IMG/VR virus record: IMGVR_UViG_2932480793_000001
Span: 1 to 64,000 of that record
DNA from: a virus
Taxonomy: Duplodnaviria > Caudoviricetes
Length of the DNA stretch: 64,000 bases
Reading direction: 5' to 3' (one strand)
Program-made: the position numbers and the translations under genes
The notes under the pieces: generated by a model
Database searches by the model: none
What the model was told of the DNA's origin: nothing
The model's input: only the letters and a program-made list of their open reading frames with translations
In this document: piece by piece, positions 1 to 8,497 of the stretch
Layout of the letters: the number at the start of each line of letters is the position of its first letter
Position numbering within the stretch: position 1 is the stretch's first letter

Positions 1-2078
1 CTGGCCGCGACGTCGGTGATGCTGCCGTTGCTGAGCCCGAAGTAGCCGCCGCGGTATGAGGCGTCTGTGATGGGCCCGGTGGTCCAGGCAGCGTTGCCGA
101 GCCGGCGGGCTTCGATCGTGGTGGGGGTGACGTCGATCTGGATGGTCATGGACTGTCCGGCGACGGGTGCGTCGGTGGCGATGTCCGTGGCCCCGAGCTG
201 GATGCCGCCGGTCTGGGTGGTGACGTGCCGGTACAGGCGCAGGATCCCGTTGTGGCGGAGGATGAGGTGGTAGCCGTTGCTCGGGTTCAGCGTGTTGAAC
301 TCGTAGGGGTCGTCGGTTGCCTTCCCCAGGTAGAGGCCGCCGTGGACCGCAAGGTCCGCCGAGTTAATCTGGTCGTACTTCATCTCGATCTGGATGCGGT
401 ATCCGCCGGCCCCGGGGACGATTGGGCAGTACCGGCCGAGCCCGTAAGTGCCCCGGGACCGGTTGATGGACACCCACCCGCCGGTCTCGGAGAACTTGAG
501 CGCCGAGTCGGTGTTGTAGTCGGTCTGCGGGGTGCCACCGGATTCCTTGACCTGCTGGTCCCATCGGGATGCGGTGGCCTGTGCGGTGGTGCCGCGCACG
601 TACACCGGGTCCGACGACATGAGCCCGACCACCCCGTCGGCCTCCAGGGCGGCCCGCTGTGACCGGCGGTACACCGGCCAGCTGAAGACTGGCTTGCCGC
701 GGGCGACGATCTCCTTGCGGCGGGTGGACGACATGGACGTGGAGACGCCCCAGTAGTCGACCTGGGCGTCCTTGCCGTCGAGGACCGCGTTACTGGACCC
801 GTCATCGACGTAGCACCAGGTCCGGTACCCCTGCTGCTTGGGCCAGGTGAAGCTGGTGCCCACATGAGCCTTCCAGATCACCGACTGGTTCGCGTGCGGG
901 TACGACGTGGCCAGGAGGTTCTGGAGAGGGACGACGGCGTCGTTACCCTTGGGCTCGACGAAGAGCACGACCTTCCCGAGGTATTTGTCGAGCATCCGCC
1001 GGAGCGGCACCATCGGCTGATCCGTCCAGCCCTGCCCAAGCATCAACCTGCCGTTCGTGAGGACCCTGTTGGCGACTCCAGTGGACGGGTACGTGTTCAG
1101 CGCTCCCGTGCTGTAGGTCGTCCGGTCGAGCGTCAGGTCGTGGAGGCACCACAGCTGCCCCTCGCTGTCGACGTTGACGGACAGCTCCATGGCCTGGATG
1201 CCGTGGGCGATCGCATAGTCGTAGGCGGCTTCGGTGTGCTCCGGTGCGACCATGCCTGCGCCCCTGTGTCCGAAGACTTTCGTTCCGGTCTGGGCCATGA
1301 AGGCGTCGACCGTGAGCAGGGCCTTGGGGAGGTAGAGGCCAGCAGCCGCCAGCGCTGCGGCCGAAACTGCCGCCGACTGGGCGTTGCCTGCCTTCGTGGC
1401 CGCGTCCTGTGCTGCCGAGATGATCGCAGCGTCTCTGGCGGTAGCGGCCTTGGTGGCGGCATCGGAAGATGCAGCGTTGACTGCTGCTGTGAGCGCGGCT
1501 CCGGCTGAGCCGGCCGGGTCGTAGGCGGCATCAGCCCGCTGAACTTCGGCGGCCAGGCCTTCGCTGACTGCTTCGTCGGCGTATTCGTTGGCCGCGGTGA
1601 TGTCGCCGGGTGGGCCGACGAGGCTGGCAAGGAAGTCCGCTTCGTCGCCGTCGTTGCCTGCCCGCCGCCATGCGTCGTAGGCGGACTCCCCCGGGACGGC
1701 GAGATACTGGGCGAGGTCGGGGGCGAGCTGCTGAACAGCGCCGAGGTCGACCTCTTCCGCGTCGACGTCCACGGCGAAGTAGAAGTGGCGGGGCTGCTGG
1801 CCGTCGACCTGCTCGATGCCGAGCCACGCCCACACCGCCGGGTTGGCGCCGTCGACGTTGGTGGGGAGCAGGCGCACCTGATCGCCGGTCCCGTTGTCGA
1901 GCTGCCCGTCGACAAACCGGTAGGTGCCGCCACCGGTGAACACACCCTCGTGCCCGGGGATGCGGATCGCGGGCACGGTCGGCATCAGCTGGAGGGTGCC
2001 CTCCCCCGGGCCGCCGTCAGCCGGGGAGGTGATGCTGTAGCGGACAGGGACGGACGGTACGCCCTCGGGGAACGGCAT
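1..2078 (-). CDS. Tail appendage / receptor-binding protein with glycerophosphodiester phosphodiesterase (GDPD) domain; 3' end beyond window edge
   Basis: Manual translation from ATG 2078 (MPFPEGVPSVPVRYSITSP...) stays open to base 1, so the ORF track misses it. Contains VFGHRGAGMVAPEHTEAAYDYA...MELSV...LWCLHDLTLDRTT (GDPD signature) after an Ala-rich stalk, then a beta-rich C-terminus. Confidence 0.85.
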   Translation of the reverse strand, partial: MPFPEGVPSVPVRYSITSPADGGPGEGTLQLMPTVPAIRIPGHEGVFTGGGTYRFVDGQLDNGTGDQVRLLPTNVDGANPAVWAWLGIEQVDGQQPRHFYFAVDVDAEEVDLGAVQQLAPDLAQYLAVPGESAYDAWRRAGNDGDEADFLASLVGPPGDITAANEYADEAVSEGLAAEVQRADAAYDPAGSAGAALTAAVNAASSDAATKAATARDAAIISAAQDAATKAGNAQSAAVSAAALAAAGLYLPKALLTVDAFMAQTGTKVFGHRGAGMVAPEHTEAAYDYAIAHGIQAMELSVNVDSEGQLWCLHDLTLDRTTYSTGALNTYPSTGVANRVLTNGRLMLGQGWTDQPMVPLRRMLDKYLGKVVLFVEPKGNDAVVPLQNLLATSYPHANQSVIWKAHVGTSFTWPKQQGYRTWCYVDDGSSNAVLDGKDAQVDYWGVSTSMSSTRRKEIVARGKPVFSWPVYRRSQRAALEADGVVGLMSSDPVYVRGTTAQATASRWDQQVKESGGTPQTDYNTDSALKFSETGGWVSINRSRGTYGLGRYCPIVPGAGGYRIQIEMKYDQINSADLAVHGGLYLGKATDDPYEFNTLNPSNGYHLILRHNGILRLYRHVTTQTGGIQLGATDIATDAPVAGQSMTIQIDVTPTTIEARRLGNAAWTTGPITDASYRGGYFGLSNGSITDVAA

Positions 2079-2079
2079 C

Positions 2080-2442
2080 TCAGACTCCTGTCCTGTTGTA
2101 CTCGTCGACGAGAGGGTGGACCGGTTCGGGTTCGATGTTGGCGCGGTTCATTTGTCCGGCCCACCGGTCGACGGTCCAGGAGAACGCGCGCAGAAGTGCT
2201 TCGAGCCGGGCTTGCTTGCCGCGGAGCTGCCCGTTTTCCTCGTCGACCCTGGCGACTGTTGCTTGCAGTACCGCGAAGTCTTGGGCCTTGGCCTGGGGGG
2301 CTGCGTTGAGGCGGGCGATAGCTTCGTCTGCCGCCGCGGTGACCCTCTGGGCGCGGACTGTCGCCCTGGCCATGAAGATTCCGCCCCCGCCGAAGATGCC
2401 TAGAGCGGCGCTCGCCAGCGTCACAACCTCCGTGCTGTTCAC
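2080..2442 (-). CDS. Lysis-cassette membrane-anchored coiled-coil protein
   Basis: GTG start overlaps the upstream stop (GTGA). N-terminal TM segment (VVTLASAALGIFGGGG) followed by a coiled coil. Confidence 0.7.
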   Translation of the reverse strand: MNSTEVVTLASAALGIFGGGGIFMARATVRAQRVTAAADEAIARLNAAPQAKAQDFAVLQATVARVDEENGQLRGKQARLEALLRAFSWTVDRWAGQMNRANIEPEPVHPLVDEYNRTGV

Positions 2443-2882
2443 GGGGCCTTGCCTTTCCGGGCCTGCCGCGGGAGTGGAGGGACGGAGTGTTCCGGCACCG
2501 TGGCGGCCCACATGATGACCCCGACGTGACTCGTCAGGTACCAGAGCGCGACGGTGGTTCCGCGCGCGTATTCGCCGGTGAGGGCGGCGTATCCGTAGGC
2601 GAGTGCCCATACGGAGGGTGGTGCGAGGGCTGCAAGGAAGCCGAGGAAGTCTCGGCCGATGCGGAGGAATGCGCAGCTGATGCAGGCGAGCCCGGCGATG
2701 ATCCAGAGCCAGGCCCATGCGGCGAGGCTGCAGCGATCGGTGAGGAGTTGCAGTCCAGGGGCGGTCGTCACTGGTGTGACGATGAAGCCGACACCCCAGA
2801 AGACCTTCCCGACGCCGAAGATGAGGAGGATTTGCCCGCGGCGGCCCAGCCGTTTACGGAGCCGCCGGGCCGCCTGCCGCAT
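2439..2882 (-). CDS. Multi-pass membrane protein of the lysis cassette (holin-like)
   Basis: MRQAARRLRKRLG... with about four hydrophobic helices; coupled to both neighbours. Confidence 0.7.
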   Translation of the reverse strand: MRQAARRLRKRLGRRGQILLIFGVGKVFWGVGFIVTPVTTAPGLQLLTDRCSLAAWAWLWIIAGLACISCAFLRIGRDFLGFLAALAPPSVWALAYGYAALTGEYARGTTVALWYLTSHVGVIMWAATVPEHSVPPLPRQARKGKAP

Positions 2883-3196
2883 CAGCCGGCCGCCGGGGTC
2901 TTCGCCCCGATTTCCTGCGCTCGGGCCGAGACGCCGGTGGGCTTCCACAGGCCGAAGTGGGTGAGGACGCCGGTGGCGAAGCTGACGACCCACAGGACGA
3001 CCGCGGAGCCGACCTGGTAGTCGTCGCCGGGGTTGGCGAGTTCGACGAGGAACCCGTTCAGTGCGGTGAGGGCGAGGAGGAGGACGGCCTTGGTGCCGGC
3101 GCTGGTGACGCGGGTGGTGACGAGGCCGACGAGGACCGGGAGGACCACGCCGATGGCGAGGCCGAGCCAGTACGCGGTGTCGAGGTTGGGCTGCAT
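2882..3196 (-). CDS. Holin
   Basis: MQPNLDTAYWLGLAIGVVLPVLVGLVT...; 104 aa with three TM segments, directly downstream of the endolysin. Confidence 0.8.
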   Translation of the reverse strand: MQPNLDTAYWLGLAIGVVLPVLVGLVTTRVTSAGTKAVLLLALTALNGFLVELANPGDDYQVGSAVVLWVVSFATGVLTHFGLWKPTGVSARAQEIGAKTPAAG

Positions 3197-3222
3197 GACG
3201 ATTCCTTCAGGGTCGGGGTGGG

Positions 3223-4212
3223 TTAGGTGTTGGGGACCTGGAGCTTGTCCCAGGTGGTCTTGCCGGGCGGCCACTTGGCGGCGGTGCCGCTGTAGCCGCA
3301 CTTCCGCTGCCAGGCTTCGTAGGAATCGACATCGGCTTGGCCGAGTTCGGGGCCGGGGCCGACCTTGTACTTGCCGCAGCCGACGGCGACGAGGCGCTTC
3401 CCCATGGCGGTGAAGATCGGGGATCTCTTGCCAAGGGCGGGCCGGCTGCCGTTGAGAAAGAAGCTGGCCCCGGGGTAGGGCTCGTACTTCGCGGTGGGGG
3501 GCTTCGTGCCGGAGTCCGGCTTGCTGCTCGTGGGGACCTTGAGCTTCTGGCCGATGCTGATGGTGTTGGGGTTCTTGAGCCCGTTCAGCTTCGCCAGGTT
3601 GTCCACTGTGGTCTTGTGGGCGGTCGCGATGCTGGTGAGGGTGTCGCCCTTCTTCACGGTGTACGTGCCGCTCGACGCGGGGGGCTTGGTGCCGGACTCG
3701 TCGCTGCCGCCCGGGCGGGGTGCGCCCTTCTTGACCCAGGCGTAGAGGGGGCCGCCGGGGCAGGCGGTGGCGTATCCGTCGCGGTGCCCCTTGATCTCGT
3801 TGCCCGCTCCGTTGCCGCGGAGGAGGTCGATGCCGTCGCGGATCGCGGAGAGCATGGCATCCGGCGGCTCGGTGAGGCCGCTGCTGCCGACTAGTCCGAC
3901 GATGGCGTAGTGGGCGATGTTGAGCGCCTGGTTGCCGTTTGCTCCGGTGCGCTTCCGGAGGCCGCGCCCCTCCAGCAGGTAGCCGTGCGGGCAGGCGGCG
4001 TAGTTGTAGGCGACGTCGCTGTAGCCCTCGACCTTGTTCGCGAGGTGGCTGCGGCGGATGTCCTTCCACAGGGCGAGGCACTCGCCGTGGTCGCCGAGGA
4101 GCTTCACGCTGACGGGCGACCCGAGGTAGTGGACCTTGACGCCCTTGGCAGTGGATTGGGACGGGGCGGCGGAGGTGGGCCATCCGAGTTGGGCTCTGGT
4201 GACGAGCTTCAT
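3223..4212 (-). CDS. Endolysin: PGRP-like N-acetylmuramoyl-L-alanine amidase + LysM + C-terminal peptidoglycan-binding domain
   Basis: VKVHY...YSDVAYNY...LLEGRG...GHRD..ATACPG amidase motifs; [13 protein letters not shown]...[14 protein letters not shown] LysM. Confidence 0.93.
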   Translation of the reverse strand: MKLVTRAQLGWPTSAAPSQSTAKGVKVHYLGSPVSVKLLGDHGECLALWKDIRRSHLANKVEGYSDVAYNYAACPHGYLLEGRGLRKRTGANGNQALNIAHYAIVGLVGSSGLTEPPDAMLSAIRDGIDLLRGNGAGNEIKGHRDGYATACPGGPLYAWVKKGAPRPGGSDESGTKPPASSGTYTVKKGDTLTSIATAHKTTVDNLAKLNGLKNPNTISIGQKLKVPTSSKPDSGTKPPTAKYEPYPGASFFLNGSRPALGKRSPIFTAMGKRLVAVGCGKYKVGPGPELGQADVDSYEAWQRKCGYSGTAAKWPPGKTTWDKLQVPNT

Positions 4213-4260
4213 GGGTGTCTCCTGCGGGGTGGCGGGGTACTGGCCCGCATCGACCGTTGG

Positions 4261-4307
4261 CCTTTGAATCATAGGCTTTTGAATCGCATATGCCTACGAT
4301 TCCAAGG
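4261..4307. promoter_or_regulatory. Paired 15-bp imperfect palindromes (consensus CCTTTGAwTCAAAGG) upstream of the lysis operon
   Basis: CCTTTGAATCATAGG at 4261-4275 and CCTACGATTCCAAGG at 4293-4307; the motif recurs at 26265-26279. Confidence 0.6.
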
Positions 4308-4355
4308 TTCAGGGGTTATGCTTCCCTCGGGTCGCCGCTTCACCGGTCCACCCAG

Positions 4356-4414
4356 CGGCGGGCTCCTTCTGGCAAGGGGCGAGCCCGCCGCCACCCTTGC
4401 CAACACCCTTGCCA
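4356..4414. promoter_or_regulatory. Hairpin plus CCCTTGCCA repeats upstream of the plus-strand cassette
   Basis: Perfect 10-bp stem CGGCGGGCTC/GAGCCCGCCG (4356-4365 / 4381-4390). CACCCTTGCCA occurs twice in tandem, with an inverted TGGCAAGGG at 4370-4378. Confidence 0.45.
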
Positions 4415-4425
4415 GGGAGTCACCC

Positions 4426-5052
4426 ATGACTGACCCAGCCCCCGCCGAAAAATCTCGCCCAGAGCTGACCGTCCTCGACATCAAGAGGACGCCACGCGGC
4501 GAGGCCGAGCACATCACCGTCTCGCTGGAGGATTCGACCCGTCCGGGCCTTCAAGTCCGGTTCGACTACGCGCTCATCGTCCGCCAGCTGAATGGACCGG
4601 TGGGCATCCACGTCGAGGGCGCGGCCGGGCAGGATGGGACGCTTCCCCGACTTGGTGTGGCGATACTGCGTGATCTGCCGATCGCACGCTGGGAGCGCGT
4701 AGCCCGCCTGGCGGCGACTGTGGGCCCCCTTGACGGCCTTACCTACTCGCACAACGTGAAAGCGGACGCCGAGCGGCTTGTTCGCTCCCTACACCCTGGA
4801 GTCGACCCGCGTTCAGGTAAAGCCGGGGCTCGCCGGTGGCGACGACTGACCAAGCTGGCCGAGGTGTCCTTGGCCTACTACCGGGCTCAGATGTCAGGCG
4901 TGCATCGGTACGCAGAAGCGGTTGCCGAGGAGCGGGATGTAGCTCCTGCGACCGTGCGGAGCTGGATCTTTCAGGCGCAGCGCGAAGGCATCACGACAGA
5001 AATCGTGTGGGCCTTCCTGTCCGCCCCCGCCCAGGCGGCCTCCAATGCCTGA
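4426..5052 (+). CDS. Putative regulator with C-terminal HTH (DUF6214-like)
   Basis: ATG after GGGAG; C-terminal AEAVAEERDVAPATVRSWIFQAQREGI is HTH-like. Confidence 0.6.
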   Translation: MTDPAPAEKSRPELTVLDIKRTPRGEAEHITVSLEDSTRPGLQVRFDYALIVRQLNGPVGIHVEGAAGQDGTLPRLGVAILRDLPIARWERVARLAATVGPLDGLTYSHNVKADAERLVRSLHPGVDPRSGKAGARRWRRLTKLAEVSLAYYRAQMSGVHRYAEAVAEERDVAPATVRSWIFQAQREGITTEIVWAFLSAPAQAASNA

Positions 5053-5372
5053 GCGGATCATTGGCCCCGCTGGGAGCGTTGCCGCCAAGAACGTGCGGCG
5101 CATCCGCGAATTGCGCGGCCTTACCAAGAAGGCGCTCGCGGAACGAACCGGCGCTGCCGGGTGTCCCATCCCGCCACTCGGAATCTCGCGCATCGAAAAG
5201 GGTGAGCGGCGTATCGACGTCGACGACCTTCTCGCACTGGCGCAGGCTCTCCAGGTTCCCTACGCACAACTGGTCGAGCCCCCGCCGCCGTGCACGTCCT
5301 GCCACGGGGCCCCACCCATCGGCTTCATGCCTCGCCTGCGGGGCCACTGCTGAAGGAGAGACAGGTGTCTGA
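5045..5372 (+). pseudogene. XRE-family HTH regulator with C-terminal Zn ribbon, apparently frameshifted near 5327
   Basis: NVRRIRELRGLTKKALAE...ISRIEKGERRIDVDDL is an XRE HTH. CTSCHGAPPIGF continues as CLACGATAEGETGV* only in another frame. Confidence 0.6.
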
Positions 5373-5898
5373 GCCCGATCTCATCACCAAGGACGACTAC
5401 GCGCGCGTCGCGGACGTGAGCCCCCGCACGATCGATCGCTGGGCCAAGCGAGGCATCGGCCCACAGCCCAGACGTCTGGGCCCTAGGCTCCTGCGCTACA
5501 ACCGAGCGGAAGTCCTCGCCTACGTCGGCGGTTCGGGCGCAAGCCCTCTGGCCCTGGGAGACGCCGTCTTCGAGGCGGGCACAGTCGCCGGAGGCCAGAT
5601 ACTCGACGGCATCAAGCGGAAGCTGGAGTCACGGGCGGCGACCTCCACCCGCCTCCCCCACGTGGTGATCCGGAACGCCGACGAACTGCGCCTCGCCAGC
5701 GGGGACACCACCGTTGTCACCGGCGGCCCCGACAGCACGCTCCTCATCGACGGCATCAAGTACGCCATATCCAACGAGGACCCCGTCGTCATCCGCCCCC
5801 ACGGCCCCGGCATCGACGGCGGCACGATCACCCTCACCCTCATCTGCGGCAGCATCCTCGGAGAGAACGAGCCCGAGCAGGAGGCCCCCGATGCCTGA
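5365..5898 (+). CDS. AlpA/excisionase-like HTH protein with tape-measure-like linker and C-terminal beta domain
   Basis: GTG after AAGGAG; LITKDDYARVADVSPRTIDRWAKRGIGPQPRRLGPRLLRY is an AlpA/Xis pattern. Confidence 0.75.
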   Translation: MSEPDLITKDDYARVADVSPRTIDRWAKRGIGPQPRRLGPRLLRYNRAEVLAYVGGSGASPLALGDAVFEAGTVAGGQILDGIKRKLESRAATSTRLPHVVIRNADELRLASGDTTVVTGGPDSTLLIDGIKYAISNEDPVVIRPHGPGIDGGTITLTLICGSILGENEPEQEAPDA

Positions 5899-6562
5899 CG
5901 TTCAGGGCCACTGCCCGGCGTGTGGTGCTGCCAGCCTGTTCCTCGGTGAGGGCGGGCACGTCACCTGCGCCCGCATCGAATGCCCCAACCCATGCGCCGC
6001 CGACGACCTGCTGCACGGGGGCGAAGCAGCGCTCGTGCAGGCCCTGGGCGGGGACCGAACCGCGCGGCTCATCGCCTACAACCTGCACTGCCACGGGCAC
6101 TCCCTCGCCGACGTGCGCCGCATGACCGACGACGAGTTCCGGGCCGTGCCCGGCATCGGAGACACATCCCTCGCGACCATCAGGCGGGCGTTCCCGGAGT
6201 GCACCACCGGAAGCGACGCGCGCCAGCAGCCGCCCGTTGTCGCGACTGCACGCGTTGCCCTCGATGTTGCCGTGACGGCAGCTGACTACGCCCTCGCGCG
6301 CGCGTCGGCCAAGCCGTCCGCCGCACGCGACCTGGCAAAGCTTCGGCGACACGCGGCGAGAGTCACGCAGAAGACCGACGCAACCGTCACCGTGGCCCCC
6401 TACGGCGAGGGGTACCAGGTCACCATCACCCGGGCAGGCGGTAAGACCCGCCATGGCGGATACGGCTTCGAGGCCGTCCAGGGCATGCTCCTTGGCGTCA
6501 TGGCAGCCGCGGACTACCGCCAGAAGCAAACTCCCCCAACCGAGGAGGCTCCGGATGCCTGA
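5891..6562 (+). CDS. Zn-finger (DUF6085-like) + RNA polymerase alpha-CTD-like helix-hairpin-helix protein
   Basis: CPACG...CARIECPNP, then SLADVRRMTDDEFRAVPGIGDTSLATIRRAF. Confidence 0.6.
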   Translation: MPDVQGHCPACGAASLFLGEGGHVTCARIECPNPCAADDLLHGGEAALVQALGGDRTARLIAYNLHCHGHSLADVRRMTDDEFRAVPGIGDTSLATIRRAFPECTTGSDARQQPPVVATARVALDVAVTAADYALARASAKPSAARDLAKLRRHAARVTQKTDATVTVAPYGEGYQVTITRAGGKTRHGGYGFEAVQGMLLGVMAAADYRQKQTPPTEEAPDA

Positions 6563-6710
6563 GCCGACCGACCCCATGACCGAGCTGGCCGCCGCAGCCG
6601 TGCAACTCCACGAAATGCACCAGGCGTATATCGAAGCTGGGTTCACCGAGCAGCAAGCGCTCGAACTGGTGAAGGCCGTCATCGTCGCCAGCATCGGAGG
6701 CGGGACGTGA
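6555..6710 (+). CDS. Small phage protein
   Basis: GAGGAGG RBS; LHEMHQAYIEAGFTEQQALELV; overlaps both neighbours. Confidence 0.7.
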   Translation: MPEPTDPMTELAAAAVQLHEMHQAYIEAGFTEQQALELVKAVIVASIGGGT

Positions 6711-7168
6711 GCCCGAAGAAGCTGGGGGCATGGGACGTCACGCCCAGACTGCACAAGCGGATCACTTACGAGATTGGGCTCCGCGAGCAGACCGCCCGTA
6801 GCCACCAGCAGGCCTGCGGAACGTGGGAGTACGACAACTGCGTGCGCGAAGTTCGAGACCAGCTCAACTCAGGAACCGTGGCCACGGTCTACCGCAACGG
6901 AACGGGCGACTTCCTGGCCCTCAACGATCCCGACGACGCCCTCCGCCGCTGCGCCGCCGACCGGAAGATCCTCGCGGCGCACCCGTACACCACCCAAGTC
7001 ATCAACCCCGGCTACGGGCCGCGCAGCGCCGGGTTCGGGTGCGAGACCTGCCACGACTGGGACGGCGTCCCCGAAGGGCGAGGCAACTGCCCCACCATCC
7101 TCGCCCTCGCCGAAGCCTACGGACTCGACGACGAAGACAACGCCGACGTGGAGGTCATCCGTGGCTAA
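6707..7168 (+). CDS. DUF6221-like phage protein
   Basis: LNDPDDALRRCAADRKILAAHP...CETC...CPTILALAEAY. Confidence 0.65.
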   Translation: MSPKKLGAWDVTPRLHKRITYEIGLREQTARSHQQACGTWEYDNCVREVRDQLNSGTVATVYRNGTGDFLALNDPDDALRRCAADRKILAAHPYTTQVINPGYGPRSAGFGCETCHDWDGVPEGRGNCPTILALAEAYGLDDEDNADVEVIRG

Positions 7169-7565
7169 CCTCGCCTGCCAGTTCCGCGTCTCCACCCGTG
7201 CCGCAGGGCCCCTCCGCCGCGTCGCGGTCCAGGTCTATGAAGACTTGGCGGAGCTTCGCGATGCGGCGACCCGGTACGTCGGTGCAGAGCCGCTCCATTT
7301 CGCGGAGGCGCTCGGCGTCTGCCACGCCTACACCGACGGCGGAACCACCGCCGCCCTCATCCGGCTCTGGAGACACCGCCTCGGTACCAGCATCGTCGTC
7401 CACGAAGTCACCCACGCCGCCATGGGCATCTACCGCACCGACTGGCAACCCGACCACGGCCACCCGAACGACAACCTCGACAACGAAGAGGTCCTCGCCT
7501 ACCTCGTCGGCAACCTCACCAGCCGCATAGTCGACCGCCTCCACCACCACGGGATGTACCCATGA
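7161..7565 (+). CDS. Small HExxH zinc metallopeptidase-like protein
   Basis: IVVHEVTHAAM...NEEVLAY; GTG after GGAGG. Confidence 0.6.
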   Translation: MANLACQFRVSTRAAGPLRRVAVQVYEDLAELRDAATRYVGAEPLHFAEALGVCHAYTDGGTTAALIRLWRHRLGTSIVVHEVTHAAMGIYRTDWQPDHGHPNDNLDNEEVLAYLVGNLTSRIVDRLHHHGMYP

Positions 7566-7954
7566 GCAGCACCTACTACGTCCTGTGCGTGTCCCACGAC
7601 CCGGCCACCCAGAGCACCGAGCATCACACCCCCGGGGACGCAGCCGACACCATCAAGACCGGAAGCGCCCTCCACCCCGGGTGCGACCTCGTCATCGAGC
7701 GGGTATCCGGCGGGCCGATCGAGATCGGCTGCCCGCCGGCTAGCTCCCGCGACGCAGGGCCTCGCTGCCACCACCGGGACGTGGAGTGGATGGAGGTCGA
7801 GTGGCTGCGGCTTCTGTCCCGGGCGTACACCTCGACCGACCCCAAGGTCGCCGACGCAGTACGCCAGGGGCGTTTCACCTGCTGGCCCCAAGAGCGCCTC
7901 CATCGGCTCCGAGGATCACTCGGCATCGAAGACGAAGCGAGGGAACGCCCGTGA
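7562..7954 (+). CDS. Hypothetical phage protein
   Basis: ATGA overlap; GC-rich third positions. Confidence 0.7.
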   Translation: MSSTYYVLCVSHDPATQSTEHHTPGDAADTIKTGSALHPGCDLVIERVSGGPIEIGCPPASSRDAGPRCHHRDVEWMEVEWLRLLSRAYTSTDPKVADAVRQGRFTCWPQERLHRLRGSLGIEDEARERP

Positions 7955-8205
7955 GCTACCGCCTGGGAGATCCCATTCAGTCGGCCATCCGCTGCCCCAA
8001 GCTTGACTGCCAACGCCTCCTGATCAACGGGCAGGCATGCGGCTGCACCTGGCGCGAGGAACCTGACCCGGACCCGCTCGTAGGGCGACTCGTCGCCCTC
8101 ACGGATCCGGACACCGTCGGAGTCCTCGCAGCAGGCAAGGTCACCGGCATGGACCGCGCCGACGACGGCATGACGCTCACCATCGCTCAGTACGACGCTG
8201 ATTAG
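7951..8205 (+). CDS. Small Cys-rich hypothetical protein
   Basis: GTGA overlap; CPKLDC...CGC; stop overlaps the end of the tail operon. Confidence 0.55.
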   Translation: MSYRLGDPIQSAIRCPKLDCQRLLINGQACGCTWREEPDPDPLVGRLVALTDPDTVGVLAAGKVTGMDRADDGMTLTIAQYDAD

Positions 8206-8489
8206 GCCGCTCGCCCCACAACCACGCCCAGCTCCTGCCCGTGGGCGGCCTGGAACTGGTCCGGCGTCCACGCCCGGCCCGCCGCGAGGAATACCGGATC
8301 CACCCGGGTGCCACCCACCGCCCCCTCGTCGGCGACCAGCACCCACCCCACCACCGGGCCGCCACCAGGCACCCCGGCCGTGTCCGTGCCTGGCGGGGCA
8401 GTCACCTCGACCCGCAACCCGTCGAATGCCGGAACCATACCCAGCACGCCACCCGGCTCGACCTGCCCCGCCTCAACCACGATCGGCAT
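8202..8489 (-). CDS. Small tail-associated protein
   Basis: GAGGAG RBS; last gene of the tail operon. Confidence 0.6.
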   Translation of the reverse strand: MPIVVEAGQVEPGGVLGMVPAFDGLRVEVTAPPGTDTAGVPGGGPVVGWVLVADEGAVGGTRVDPVFLAAGRAWTPDQFQAAHGQELGVVVGRAA

Positions 8490-8497
8490 GCCACTCC

